The position numbers were made by a program, and so were the translations under genes. 64,000 nt of DNA from Pseudomonadota bacterium (GTDB taxonomy: Bacteria > Pseudomonadota > Gammaproteobacteria > Beggiatoales > Beggiatoaceae). The stretch is taken from assembly GCA_039714115.1 (NCBI GenBank), contig JBDLJY010000001.1, positions 1,749 to 65,748 on the forward strand. The letters are read 5' to 3'. Positions 9,144 through 19,501 of this stretch are shown here, piece after piece. Below the pieces are notes generated by a model, which was given only the letters and a program-made list of their open reading frames with translations, made no database searches and was not told the origin of the DNA. Each line of letters opens with the position of its first letter. The stretch's first letter is position 1.

Positions 9144-11168
9144 ATGACACGTCAACCGCTTATTTTAAGTATCGTTTTAGCAGCGACTCCAATCTCTCTA
9201 CTGGCTGAAGAGCCGACAACGCTACCCACTGTCACAGTCGAAGGTGAACGCTTGCCTGAACCCGGCGTGTCACACGAAGAGACAGAGGATATTTTAGGAA
9301 CGCCAGTCGATGCGGGTGAATTTCTACGCAGTATCCCCGGCGTCTCTGGCACACGTATGGGCGGACACGGTATTGATCCCATTATTCGTGGACAAAGCCA
9401 AAATCAACTAAATATTTTATTAGATGGGGCTTATGTTCATGGTGGCTGCCCTAACCGTATGGATCCGCCAACGTCTTATTCACCGATAGAAACTTATGAT
9501 AGTGTGACAGTGATTAAGGGCTCTCAAAGCGTCATTTATGGGGGGGGCGGTAGTGGTGGCACCGTGCTGTTTGAGCGAAAAACGCCACGTTTTACTAAAA
9601 ATAAATTTCTGCGGGGTAAAGTCGGCGGCGGTTATACCAGTAATTCTGAGACTCAAGAATTGTTTGCTGATCTAACCGTCGGTAGTACACAAGGTTTTGC
9701 GCGTGGCATTGTTGAATATCAGGATGGTAAAAATTATGAAGATGGTGATGGCAATGAAACACGTTCTGCCTTCACCACTCAATCGGGCAATCTGCTCTTT
9801 GGTTACACGCCAACTGAAAAAACCAGTTTTGAACTCGGTTTAGAGGCGACTCGCACAGATGATGTTTTATATCCCGGGGCTGGCATGGATGCGCCCAAGG
9901 CGGATAATGATGCCATTCGTTTAAAATATGAAAATGAATGGGGGACTAAACTAGAACTTTATCATTCTGAGGTTGAGCATGTGATGGATAATTTTTCTCT
10001 ACGTTTACCATCAGCACCGATGAAAATGTTAGTAACAGCCGATTCCAAGACGCTAGGGGGGCGTATGAGCCACAATTGGTTGACTGACAATGATGTAGAA
10101 TGGACAGTGGGGTTAGATTATCAACACAATAATCGGGATGCAAATCGTTTAGCTGGTGTCTCTACACCGACCAAGATTCAATCAATTATGTGGCCTGATG
10201 TTGATTTAAAACAGATCGGGCTGTTTGGTGAAATGCTGCTACCTGTCCGTGAAGTTAATACGCTCAAGCTGGGATTGCGCTATGATCGGGTGACAAGCGA
10301 GGCGGCAATGGGCGGCGTTTCGCCAAATAATTTATATAATAAATATTATGGCAAAAGTGCGGCAGATCACGATGAAAATAATGTGGCTGGTTTTATCCGT
10401 TATGAACATGAATTGAGCAATGCTGATAATTGGATTTTTGTCAGTCTCAGTCGCAGTGTGCGTACTGCCGATGCGACGGAACGCTTTTTAGCGGCTAATA
10501 ATTCTAATAGCGCGATACGTTGGATCGGTAATCCAGATTTAGCGCCAGAGCAGCATCACCAGATAGAGCTGGGTTTATCTTGGCAAAGAAATCGCTGGGA
10601 TAGCAGCGCATCGGTATTCTATAACAATGTCAGCGATTATATTTTAAGGGATCGTGCCCATGCCCAAGAGGGTATTTTGCAAAATGATAATGCCACGATC
10701 TATCGTAACGTGGATGCACGGCTCTATGGTTTTGAATGGGAAACGCAGCTTAAGTGGAGTAAAGATTGGTTGAGCGGTTTCACGGTGGACTTTGTCCATG
10801 CGACTAATACAAGCGATGATCGCCCGATTGCACAAACGCCTCCGCTGTCAGGTACGCTCAGTTTTGATTACAAGACGGCGTTGGGTGGCAAGCTGCGACT
10901 GTTTGCTAAACAAGATAGGGTTGATGATGATATTAATACTGGTAGTGGCTTAGATCTTCAAAAAACGCCAGGCTTTGCTGTCCTAGATTTTTACGGTAGC
11001 ATGGCTATCAACAAACAAACCCAGATCAAAATTGGCGTAAACAATGTGTTCGATAAAAATTATACCTACCATGTCAATCGTGCGAATATTGATCCTTTTA
11101 ATCCTGAGCCCGTACAAGTGAATGAACCGGGGCGGGCGTTTTGGCTTAATATCACGGCTGCATTTTAA
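9144..11168 (+). CDS. TonB-dependent outer-membrane receptor (OprC/NosA-like, copper-type)
   Basis: Signal peptide MTRQPLILSIVLAATPISLLA, plug motif DPIIRGQSQNQLNILLDGAYVHGGCPNRMDPPTSY, C-terminal Phe. The ORF track starts at TTG 9084, but ATG 9144 gives a proper signal peptide. Confidence 0.85.
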   Translation: MTRQPLILSIVLAATPISLLAEEPTTLPTVTVEGERLPEPGVSHEETEDILGTPVDAGEFLRSIPGVSGTRMGGHGIDPIIRGQSQNQLNILLDGAYVHGGCPNRMDPPTSYSPIETYDSVTVIKGSQSVIYGGGGSGGTVLFERKTPRFTKNKFLRGKVGGGYTSNSETQELFADLTVGSTQGFARGIVEYQDGKNYEDGDGNETRSAFTTQSGNLLFGYTPTEKTSFELGLEATRTDDVLYPGAGMDAPKADNDAIRLKYENEWGTKLELYHSEVEHVMDNFSLRLPSAPMKMLVTADSKTLGGRMSHNWLTDNDVEWTVGLDYQHNNRDANRLAGVSTPTKIQSIMWPDVDLKQIGLFGEMLLPVREVNTLKLGLRYDRVTSEAAMGGVSPNNLYNKYYGKSAADHDENNVAGFIRYEHELSNADNWIFVSLSRSVRTADATERFLAANNSNSAIRWIGNPDLAPEQHHQIELGLSWQRNRWDSSASVFYNNVSDYILRDRAHAQEGILQNDNATIYRNVDARLYGFEWETQLKWSKDWLSGFTVDFVHATNTSDDRPIAQTPPLSGTLSFDYKTALGGKLRLFAKQDRVDDDINTGSGLDLQKTPGFAVLDFYGSMAINKQTQIKIGVNNVFDKNYTYHVNRANIDPFNPEPVQVNEPGRAFWLNITAAF

Positions 11169-11170
11169 AC

Positions 11171-11309
11171 GTCCAAGATAAATCTTGGACTCCTAGAAGC
11201 CTTGAAATTTATTTCAAGGCTTTTTTTTTGGCACGCGAATAGAACGATATTTATGTTATCATTCATCGCACGATTTCACGTATTTAGGAGTCCAAGATTT
11301 ATCTTGGAC
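11171..11309. repeat. Inverted pair of REP units (11171-11193 and 11287-11309) bracketing the intergenic terminator
   Basis: GTCCAAGATAAATCTTGGACTCC and its exact reverse complement GGAGTCCAAGATTTATCTTGGAC. Confidence 0.85.
11198..11229 (+). terminator. Rho-independent terminator after the TonB-dependent receptor gene
   Basis: AGCCTTGAAAT-TT-ATTTCAAGGCT followed by T9. Confidence 0.85.
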
Positions 11310-11346
11310 GTCTAAATAAAGTTACAATAGGAGCAAAAAAAAAATC

Positions 11347-12018
11347 ATGTCTGACTACCTCATAGCCCCATCCATTTTATCAGCCGATTTTGCCCGCTTA
11401 GGGGAAGAAGTGACTAACGTCTTAGCGGCGGATGCGGATATAATCCATTTTGACGTGATGGATAATCATTACGTGCCTAACCTGACTATAGGTCCCTTAA
11501 TCTGTGAAGCCTTGCGTAAACATGGCGTGATTGCCCCAATTGACGTACATTTAATGGTCAAACCAGTGGATCGCATCATCCCCGATTTTGCCAAAGCGGG
11601 TGCCACCTATATTACATTTCACCCAGAAGCCAGCGAACATATTGACCGTTCCTTACAACTGGTGCGTGAGAATGGCTGCAAATCGGGCCTGGTTTTCAAT
11701 CCTGCAACCCCGTTGGACCATCTGAAATATGTCTTAGACAAGGTAGACATGGTATTATTGATGTCCGTTAATCCCGGTTTTGGGGGCCAATCCTTCATTC
11801 CGGCAACCTTGGAAAAATTACGCGAAGCACGTAAAATCATTGACGACAGTGGGCGCGAGATTCGCTTAGAAATTGATGGCGGAGTTAAAATCAACAACAT
11901 TCGTGAAATCGCTCAAGCGGGTGCTGACACTTTTGTGGCAGGATCTGCCATTTTTGGAACGTCCGATTACAAGGCGACGATTGCCGCGATGCGGGCAGAA
12001 TTAGCAAAGGTGCAATAA
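11347..12018 (+). CDS. rpe: Ribulose-phosphate 3-epimerase
   Basis: 223 aa. [31 protein letters not shown], and the conserved rpe-gph-trpE order. Confidence 0.95.
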   Translation: MSDYLIAPSILSADFARLGEEVTNVLAADADIIHFDVMDNHYVPNLTIGPLICEALRKHGVIAPIDVHLMVKPVDRIIPDFAKAGATYITFHPEASEHIDRSLQLVRENGCKSGLVFNPATPLDHLKYVLDKVDMVLLMSVNPGFGGQSFIPATLEKLREARKIIDDSGREIRLEIDGGVKINNIREIAQAGADTFVAGSAIFGTSDYKATIAAMRAELAKVQ

Positions 12019-12020
12019 TA

Positions 12021-12698
12021 ATGACAGTGTCTAACCCAGAATTAATTCTGATAGACTTAGATGGCACATTGATAGACACGGTGCCAGACTTAGCTTATGC
12101 CATTGATGGCATGATGTCGCAATTAGATTTGCCGCAGCGAGGTGAGGAGAAAGTTCGGCGCTGGGTTGGTAACGGCATAGAACGCCTCGTCAAACGAGCA
12201 TTGCTTGACAGTGATGATGGTGAACCAGACGACAAATTATTTCAATCAGCACTACACTTATTTAAAGTGGTGTATGCCGATTGTAATGGTCGTCATAGTA
12301 CACTATTTCCGGGCGTGCGCGAAGGCTTGGACTGGCTAAAATCACAACACTCTGTGTTAGCCTGTATTACTAATAAAGCGGCGCAATTTACCACGCCTTT
12401 GCTGAAAGCATTCAAAATCAATCAAGATTTTAAATTGGTAATAAGCGGAGATAGCCTACCAAAAAAGAAACCGGATCCTTTGCCCTTATTACATGCTGCC
12501 GAGTTTTTCAAAGTTGATCCGCACAAGGCATTGATGCTGGGCGACTCGATCAACGATGTACAAGCCGCACGGGCGGCTGGCTTTCAAATTATCTGCGTCA
12601 GTTACGGCTATAATCACGGCCAAGATATTCGCAAGACTAATCCTGATGCAGTCATTGATTCATTTGCACAATTACCTTCAGTTATCAGTTATCAGTAG
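12021..12698 (+). CDS. gph: Phosphoglycolate phosphatase (HAD family)
   Basis: 225 aa. HAD motif I LIDLDGTLIDT, and its position after rpe. The last codons (SVISYQ-stop) are encoded by TCAGTTA heptamer repeats. Confidence 0.85.
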   Translation: MTVSNPELILIDLDGTLIDTVPDLAYAIDGMMSQLDLPQRGEEKVRRWVGNGIERLVKRALLDSDDGEPDDKLFQSALHLFKVVYADCNGRHSTLFPGVREGLDWLKSQHSVLACITNKAAQFTTPLLKAFKINQDFKLVISGDSLPKKKPDPLPLLHAAEFFKVDPHKALMLGDSINDVQAARAAGFQIICVSYGYNHGQDIRKTNPDAVIDSFAQLPSVISYQ

Positions 12699-12759
12699 GC
12701 GATAAATCGCCTACTACGAACGGCTTAACTTGTTCGTAGTAGGCGATTTATCGCCTACC
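12696..12759. repeat. Perfect 25-bp inverted repeat (TAGGCGATAAATCGCCTACTACGAA / complement) with a 12-nt loop
   Basis: Read directly. Related TAGGCGATAAATCGCC units occur at about 2812-2840, 8968-8990, 27210-27232 and 55092-55106. Confidence 0.9.
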
Positions 12760-12791
12760 ACGCCTACTATAACTGACATATGATAACTGAT

Positions 12792-14288
12792 ATGACACCA
12801 GAACAATTTTCCCAATTAGCAGCCGAGGGATACAACCGTATCCCCATCCAGCGACAAGTTTTAGCTGACTTAGACACCCCCTTGAGTGCCTACTTGAAAT
12901 TAGCCAAGGGGCTGCCCTATTCTTACCTATTAGAATCCGTAGAAGGCGGCGAAAAATGGGGGCGTTACTCAATCATTGGACTACCGGCACAGACCATTGT
13001 GCGGGTACATGAACACGACATCACCGTCAAAACGGGCGCAGAGATCACCGAACACACACAAGTGACCGATCCACTCGCATGGATTGCCGACTTTATAGAA
13101 CGCTTTCGTGTTCCAAAATTACTTGACCTACCGCGCTTTACCGGTGGCTTAGTGGGCTATTTTGGCTATGACACAGTGCGCTATATCGAGCCCCGCTTAG
13201 CGAAAAAAAACCTCAAAGATCCATTAGACACACCGGACATTCTCCTAATGGTCTCCGATGAAGTGCTCGTTTTTGACAACCTAAAAAACAAATTGTATTT
13301 TATTATCCATGCCACGCCATCACAGCCGGACGCATACGCCAAAGCCGAACAACGCCTAGAAGTCTTAATCAAGCGATTGCACGAAAATATTATCCCATCC
13401 CAACTTGATACCGCCTCTGGTGACACTACTATTACAGAAACCGACTTCAAATCAGGCTTTCCCCGTCCGGCATTTTTACAAGCGGTAGAACGCGCCAAAG
13501 AATACATTGTTGAAGGCGATATTATGCAAGTCGTGCTATCGCAACGCCTCTCAATCGCTTGCGAAGCACCGCCCCTAAACGTATACCGTGCCTTGCGCTG
13601 CTTAAACCCATCGCCGTATATGTACTACTTAAATTTAGACGACTTTCATATTGTCGGCTCATCACCAGAAATCCTGGTACGCTTAGAAGCGCAAAAAATG
13701 ACAGTACGCCCCATTGCTGGCACCCGTCCGCGTGGACGTGATGAGGCGGAGGATTTATCTCTGGAACAAGAATTGCTAGATGATCCTAAGGAGCGTGCTG
13801 AACACCTCATGCTCATTGACTTGGGCCGAAACGACGTTGGACGAGTGAGCCAAATTGGCAGTGTACAATTAACCGAAAACATGCTTATAGAACGATACTC
13901 CCACGTCATGCACATTGTATCTAATGTCACAGGACAAATAAGACCAGAACTCAAAGCACTAGATGCACTCAGAGCCGCCATCCCAGCCGGTACATTAAGC
14001 GGTGCCCCGAAAATACGAGCGATGGAAATTATTGACGAACTGGAACCGATTAAACGTGGGATTTATGGCGGTGCCGTCGGCTATCTCACTTGGCACGGAG
14101 ACATGGACACAGCGATAGCTATCCGCACAGCGGTGATAAAAGATCAAACCTTACACATTCAAGTAGGGGCCGGCATTGTGGCAGACTCCGTGCCCGCAAA
14201 GGAATGGGAAGAAACCATGAATAAAGGTCGTGCTATCTTCAAAGCGGTGGCAATCGCATCGGCGGGAGGAGAATTGCCATGTTATTGA
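12792..14288 (+). CDS. trpE: Anthranilate synthase component I
   Basis: [19 protein letters not shown].. N-terminus is typical of TrpE, with the chorismate-binding C-terminal domain ([15 protein letters not shown]). ATG 12780 (ORF track) lies inside heptamer repeats, so ATG 12792 is preferred. Confidence 0.93.
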   Translation: MTPEQFSQLAAEGYNRIPIQRQVLADLDTPLSAYLKLAKGLPYSYLLESVEGGEKWGRYSIIGLPAQTIVRVHEHDITVKTGAEITEHTQVTDPLAWIADFIERFRVPKLLDLPRFTGGLVGYFGYDTVRYIEPRLAKKNLKDPLDTPDILLMVSDEVLVFDNLKNKLYFIIHATPSQPDAYAKAEQRLEVLIKRLHENIIPSQLDTASGDTTITETDFKSGFPRPAFLQAVERAKEYIVEGDIMQVVLSQRLSIACEAPPLNVYRALRCLNPSPYMYYLNLDDFHIVGSSPEILVRLEAQKMTVRPIAGTRPRGRDEAEDLSLEQELLDDPKERAEHLMLIDLGRNDVGRVSQIGSVQLTENMLIERYSHVMHIVSNVTGQIRPELKALDALRAAIPAGTLSGAPKIRAMEIIDELEPIKRGIYGGAVGYLTWHGDMDTAIAIRTAVIKDQTLHIQVGAGIVADSVPAKEWEETMNKGRAIFKAVAIASAGGELPCY

Positions 14289-14851
14289 TGATAGACAACT
14301 ACGACTCCTTCACCTACAACCTAGTCCAGTATTTTGGTGAATTAGGCGCAGAGGTACAAGTATATCGTAATGACCAAATCACAGCTGACCAGATCAAGGC
14401 ACTCGCCCCACAACACCTCGTCATCTCACCTGGTCCCTGCACCCCCAATCAAGCCGGGATATCCGTTGCCGCTATCCAAAGCTTTGCTGGTAAAATACCA
14501 CTGCTAGGTGTATGCCTTGGACACCAAAGCATAGGACAAGCCTTTGGAGGTAAAATTGTCCATGCTCGCCAAATCATGCATGGCAAAACCTCAAATATTT
14601 ACCACACCGGCACCGGCATTTTCAAAGGCATACCCAACCCCTTTGAAGCGACACGTTACCACTCTCTCGTCATAGAACGAGTGCCCGACTGTTTAGAAAT
14701 CACCGCATGGACACAAACACCTAATGGTGAGATGGAAGAAATTATGGGGGTGCAGCATAAAACTTTAGCTGTCATTGGCGTACAATTTCACCCTGAATCT
14801 ATCCTCACACAACAAGGACATGCTTTACTCAAAAACTTTTTAGCGTTTTAG
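14279..14851 (+). CDS. trpG: Anthranilate synthase component II (glutamine amidotransferase)
   Basis: 190 aa. [19 protein letters not shown], catalytic GVCLGHQ, FHPES. Overlaps the trpE stop. Confidence 0.92.
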   Translation: MLLMIDNYDSFTYNLVQYFGELGAEVQVYRNDQITADQIKALAPQHLVISPGPCTPNQAGISVAAIQSFAGKIPLLGVCLGHQSIGQAFGGKIVHARQIMHGKTSNIYHTGTGIFKGIPNPFEATRYHSLVIERVPDCLEITAWTQTPNGEMEEIMGVQHKTLAVIGVQFHPESILTQQGHALLKNFLAF

Positions 14852-14853
14852 TA

Positions 14854-14898
14854 GGAGTCCAAGATGAAACTCCTCGTCCAAGATAAATCTTGGACTCC
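14854..14898. repeat. REP-like palindrome cluster
   Basis: GGAGTCCAAGATGAAACTCCTCGTCCAAGATAAATCTTGGACTCC. Confidence 0.85.
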
Positions 14899-14929
14899 TA
14901 TTTTACTGTAGGATAACTGATAACTGAAA

Positions 14930-16651
14930 ATGGCCGCCCAAGAAAAGTATAAATCCAACCTCACCGGGATCCCCCATAAATTAGTCACTTTAGGCGCGTT
15001 GAGCGAAACTGACGCAAGAAAGGCGATTGAAGAATCGCGGTCAGAACGCACCCCTATTGTAACTTACCTGGTGAATAAGAAACTTGTTAAGCAGAGTGCG
15101 CTAGCCCAGGCCTTGAGTGAAGAGCTTGGCATTCCCCTGATTGACATTGATACTCTCGAACTCAATCTTGATGTCATCAGGCTGCTTAACGAAAAACTGT
15201 TAGAAAAGCACAAGGCCCTCCCTCTCTTCAAGCGAGGGAAACGCCTGTTCGTCGCCCTCTCCGACCCGACTAATCTAAACGCGCTGAAAGAGATTCAATT
15301 CCATACCAAAACACCTACAGAGCCCATTATAGCCGAAGCGGACAAACTTGCTAAGATCATTGAACGCGCCATCGATTTTTTCGATGATGACATGGAAGCA
15401 TTTGAGGGCGAGGACACAGACTTTGAGCTTGTTGACGACGAAGAGAAACAAGAAGAAGAAACAATAAGCGTACCCGAAGTAGAAGCCCCAGTTGTCAAAT
15501 TCGTCAACAGCATGCTCTTTAAGGCCATCAAATTGGGGGCTTCCGACTTACACTTTGAACCTTATGAAAAAATATACCGGGTGCGCTTTCGCATCGATGG
15601 CGTACTCAAAGTGTTTGCTAAACCGCCCGTCGCCATTGCTCGAAAACTGTCAGCACGTATTAAAGTCATGTCACGCTTGGACGTTGCAGAGCGGCGCGTT
15701 CCCCAAGACGGACGTATAAAACTCAAAGTTTCCGCCAAAAAGTCTATTGACTTTCGGGTTAGCACCTGCCCAATCTTATGGGGCGAAAAGATAGTCATGC
15801 GAATCCTCGACTCATCTGCCGCCAACCTCAACATAGACATACTTGGCTATGAAGAAGAACAAAAGCGCCTCTATCTTGAAGCCCTCGCCAACCCTTATGG
15901 CATGGTATTAGTGACCGGGCCCACCGGGAGCGGCAAAACCGTCTCCCTTTACACAGGCATAAACATCCTTAACAAAGAAGGTGTTAATATTTCCACAGCC
16001 GAAGATCCGGTAGAAATTAACCTCCCAGGTGTCAATCAAGTACAAATTGATGAAAAAACCGGCATGACTTTTGCAAAGGCACTTAAAGCATTTCTACGCC
16101 AAGACCCTGATATCATACTTGTCGGCGAGATACGAGACTTAGAAACCGGGGGTATTGCGATTAAGGCGGCCTCCACTGGTCACATGGTCATGTCCACCCT
16201 ACACACCAATGACGCGCCGCAAACTTTGACCCGCATGATCGATATGGGCATTAAACCCTTTGCAATTGCCAACGCCGTCAACCTCATTATGGCACAACGG
16301 CTATGCCGCCGCCTATGTAGTTGCAAAATAGAACAGGACTTACCTGAATCGGTGTTAACGGATGCCGGATTTAAAAAAGAAGAAATTCATGATCTTAAAT
16401 TGTATGGCCCCAGGCAGGGTGGCTGTGAAAAATGCGGTGGCTCGGGTTACAAGGGTCGAGTTGGTATTTATCAAGTCATGCCCATATCGGAGTCTATGAA
16501 ACGCCTGATCATGGAAGGTCGCAATGCCATTGCACTGGCTGACCAAGCCAGCCAAGAAGGCATTCCTGACCTGCGCGAATCTGGCTTAAAAAAAGTTAAA
16601 GATGGTCTGACCTCTTTGGAAGAGGTTGACCGTGTTGTCAGCAAAGAATAA
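14930..16651 (+). CDS. pilB: Type IV pilus assembly ATPase PilB
   Basis: 573 aa. T2SSE N-terminal domain, Walker A VTGPTGSGKTVS, tetracysteine motif CRRLCSC..CEKCGGSG. Followed by pilC and pilD. Confidence 0.92.
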   Translation: MAAQEKYKSNLTGIPHKLVTLGALSETDARKAIEESRSERTPIVTYLVNKKLVKQSALAQALSEELGIPLIDIDTLELNLDVIRLLNEKLLEKHKALPLFKRGKRLFVALSDPTNLNALKEIQFHTKTPTEPIIAEADKLAKIIERAIDFFDDDMEAFEGEDTDFELVDDEEKQEEETISVPEVEAPVVKFVNSMLFKAIKLGASDLHFEPYEKIYRVRFRIDGVLKVFAKPPVAIARKLSARIKVMSRLDVAERRVPQDGRIKLKVSAKKSIDFRVSTCPILWGEKIVMRILDSSAANLNIDILGYEEEQKRLYLEALANPYGMVLVTGPTGSGKTVSLYTGINILNKEGVNISTAEDPVEINLPGVNQVQIDEKTGMTFAKALKAFLRQDPDIILVGEIRDLETGGIAIKAASTGHMVMSTLHTNDAPQTLTRMIDMGIKPFAIANAVNLIMAQRLCRRLCSCKIEQDLPESVLTDAGFKKEEIHDLKLYGPRQGGCEKCGGSGYKGRVGIYQVMPISESMKRLIMEGRNAIALADQASQEGIPDLRESGLKKVKDGLTSLEEVDRVVSKE

Positions 16652-16665
16652 CTGGGAGGTTATTT

Positions 16666-17892
16666 ATGGCCGCAATAGCTACAACCCAAAAAGAAGTTAT
16701 ATTTATCTGGGTAGGCACAAACAAAAAAGGCGAAAAACGCAAAGGAGAAATGCGTGGGATTAGTGAATACCACGTCAAAGCTGCACTGCGAAGACAAGGC
16801 TTACGTCCTATCAAAGTCAAGAAAAAGCCCAAGGACCTATTCGGTGGCGGCGGAAAACCTATAGACACCGCCGATATTGCTATGTTTGCACGCCAAATGG
16901 CGACAATGATGACATCAGGCGTGCCCCTGATCCAAGCGTTTGACCTTGTTGGGCAAGGCCACGACAAGCCAAAATTTCAAGAATTAATGATGGCTCTCAA
17001 AGCCGATGTTGAAGCGGGCGGGACGATGGCTAATGCCCTGCGTAAATATCCCCAATACTTTGATCCGCTTTTTTGCAACCTCGTACATGCCGGTGAACAG
17101 GCCGGTATTTTAGAAACACTTTTAACTAAACTCGCGATTTACAAAGAAAAAAGTGAGAGCATTAAGAAAAAAATAAAAAGCGCAATCAAATACCCCATCG
17201 CGGTTATTATCGTTGCTATGATCGTCAGTGCCATCCTGCTCATTTACGTCGTTCCCATCTTTGCCGACATGTTCAAAGAGTTTGGAGCCGATCTACCGGC
17301 CTTTACACAAATGGTAGTGAACATGTCGAACTTTTTAGTAGCGTATTGGTTCTATGTTTTTGCAGGCATTGCACTTTTTGTCATTGGCTTCACACAAGCC
17401 AAGAAACGTTTTGTGGGCTTCCATAATTTTTTGCAAAGGCTCTCGTTAAAATTACCGCTGTTCGGAAAACTCCTCACACTGTCGGCGATAGCCCGTTTTT
17501 CAAGAACATTAGCCACCATGTTTGCCGCGGGGACACCCTTGGTGGAAGCGATGGACTCAGTCGGTGGTGCGACAGGAAATATCGTCTATTACGATGCCTG
17601 CATGAAAATCAAAAATGACGTATCAGGCGGGATAACATTAGCGGATAGTATGCGTGAGGTTAAGGTATTTCCCAACCTATGTGTGCAGATGACGCAAATT
17701 GGTGAAGAATCGGGTGAGCTTGATAAAATGTTAAACAAAGTCGCTGACTACTATGAAGAGGAAGTGGACAATCTGGTCGAATCACTCAGTTCCTTGATGG
17801 AGCCGCTTATCATGGCTTTCTTAGGTATTGTGATTGGTGGATTAGTCGTGGCGATGTATTTGCCTATCTTTCAAATGGGATCTGTCATTTAA
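16666..17892 (+). CDS. pilC: Type IV pilus platform protein PilC
   Basis: 408 aa with two GspF-type repeats, in pilB-pilC-pilD context. Confidence 0.92.
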   Translation: MAAIATTQKEVIFIWVGTNKKGEKRKGEMRGISEYHVKAALRRQGLRPIKVKKKPKDLFGGGGKPIDTADIAMFARQMATMMTSGVPLIQAFDLVGQGHDKPKFQELMMALKADVEAGGTMANALRKYPQYFDPLFCNLVHAGEQAGILETLLTKLAIYKEKSESIKKKIKSAIKYPIAVIIVAMIVSAILLIYVVPIFADMFKEFGADLPAFTQMVVNMSNFLVAYWFYVFAGIALFVIGFTQAKKRFVGFHNFLQRLSLKLPLFGKLLTLSAIARFSRTLATMFAAGTPLVEAMDSVGGATGNIVYYDACMKIKNDVSGGITLADSMREVKVFPNLCVQMTQIGEESGELDKMLNKVADYYEEEVDNLVESLSSLMEPLIMAFLGIVIGGLVVAMYLPIFQMGSVI

Positions 17893-18749
17893 TGAATGTA
17901 CTCACCTACCTTGCAGCAGAGCCCAACGCAGTTCTCATCCTTGTCGGAGTTTTAGGACTTATCGTGGGCAGCTTTCTCAACGTCGTGATTTACCGTCTGC
18001 CTATTATGATGGAACACCAATGGCGGACGCAATGTGCGTCCATTTTGAACGTATCGGTACCGACACCCAGCGAACCCTTTAACTTGAATCGACCACGATC
18101 TCGCTGCCCCCACTGCGGACATCAAATTACTGTACTAGAAAATATCCCGATATTGAGCTATATTTGGCAACGTGGCAAATGTACAGCTTGCCATCAAGCC
18201 ATTTCTCTGCGTTATCCGTTGATTGAAGCGGTGAGCGCGTTTTTAGCTATCATCACCGCATGGCACTTTGGATTTGGCTGGCCTTTGTTGGGCGCCTTGG
18301 CACTGACATGGGCACTGCTGGCTAGCAGCATGATTGATTTTGACCATCAATTATTACCCGACAGTATTACCTTACCTTTTCTATGGTTTGGATTATTGTG
18401 TAATCTTTTTGGATTGTACACGGATATTGAATCCAGTCTGATAGGCGCAATGGCAGGCTATCTGTCGCTATGGTCAGTGTATTGGCTTTTCAAGCTTTTC
18501 ACCGGAAAAGAAGGCATGGGGTATGGTGACTTCAAATTATTGGCCATGTTGGGCGCCTGGATGGGATGGCAAGCATTACCGGTCATAATCTTAATGTCCT
18601 CAGTCATTGGCACGGTGGTTGGTATAACACTTATTTTAGGGCGCGGACACGATAAAAATATACCTATCCCGTTTGGCCCCTATCTCGCCGCCGCCGGCTG
18701 GTTCAGCCTACTGTGGGGGGACAGCCTCACACAATCCTATCTTTTCTGA
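17892..18749 (+). CDS. pilD: Prepilin peptidase / N-methyltransferase PilD (A24 family)
   Basis: 285 aa. Cys motif CPHCGHQI..CTAC and polytopic membrane domain with GMGYGDFKL. Confidence 0.92.
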   Translation: MNVLTYLAAEPNAVLILVGVLGLIVGSFLNVVIYRLPIMMEHQWRTQCASILNVSVPTPSEPFNLNRPRSRCPHCGHQITVLENIPILSYIWQRGKCTACHQAISLRYPLIEAVSAFLAIITAWHFGFGWPLLGALALTWALLASSMIDFDHQLLPDSITLPFLWFGLLCNLFGLYTDIESSLIGAMAGYLSLWSVYWLFKLFTGKEGMGYGDFKLLAMLGAWMGWQALPVIILMSSVIGTVVGITLILGRGHDKNIPIPFGPYLAAAGWFSLLWGDSLTQSYLF

Positions 18750-18843
18750 AAACGTCAAAATTGTTATCTATGTCTCGATGTTCAAGTTTTTTTTTACCAC
18801 CAACATACATAAAGGAGATATTGCTGCCTTTTTTCCCGAAGTT

Positions 18844-19467
18844 ATGTATAAACCCCTGAAAATAGGCTTGACTGGGGGCATCGCCTCTGGTAAAACTACC
18901 GTATCCAACAGCTTTGCCAAACTCGGTGTCCCCATCATAGACGCTGACGTGATTGCCCGTGCGCTAGTCGAACCCGGACAACCAACACTTGAACTTATTA
19001 TCCAAACTTTCGGACCAGAGATAATAAACACCACAGGTAGGCTCAATCGTGCTAAACTACGCCAACAAATTTATGCCGACAAACTTGAGCGCCAACGTTT
19101 AGAAGCGATTTTACATCCACGTATCAAAAAAACCATGCAAGAACAAATAGCGAGGTTGCGTGAGCCCTATTGTCTGTTAAGTATCCCATTATTACTGGAA
19201 ACTGGGATGCTGGACATGGTAGATCGTGTGTTAGTGGTTGACATCCCACCCGCGTTACAACGCCAGCGCCTCAAAGCTCGCGATGGACTTAACCCGAAAG
19301 AAATAGAACAGATAATCAAAGCCCAAGCCACTCGAGAGGCACGGCTTGCTATAGCGAATGAAGTGATTTACAATGACTCAAGTTTGGAGGACTTACAAAA
19401 ACTGGTTTTAGCTTTGCACCAAGGATACTGTGCAATCAACTACCCTCAAGGGCACCAAACATTCTGA
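18844..19467 (+). CDS. coaE: Dephospho-CoA kinase
   Basis: MYKPLKIGLTGGIASGKTT P-loop sits directly at the N-terminus. The ORF-track start 18673 overlaps pilD and is unlikely. Confidence 0.9.
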   Translation: MYKPLKIGLTGGIASGKTTVSNSFAKLGVPIIDADVIARALVEPGQPTLELIIQTFGPEIINTTGRLNRAKLRQQIYADKLERQRLEAILHPRIKKTMQEQIARLREPYCLLSIPLLLETGMLDMVDRVLVVDIPPALQRQRLKARDGLNPKEIEQIIKAQATREARLAIANEVIYNDSSLEDLQKLVLALHQGYCAINYPQGHQTF

Positions 19468-19501
19468 AAACTTAGGATAAATAAGTAAAGTAGGGCACTT
19501 T

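Noticed and set aside
18673-18843. N-terminal extension of coaE in the ORF track
   Set aside because: It overlaps the pilD end. The CoaE P-loop should be at the extreme N-terminus, which the ATG at 18844 provides.
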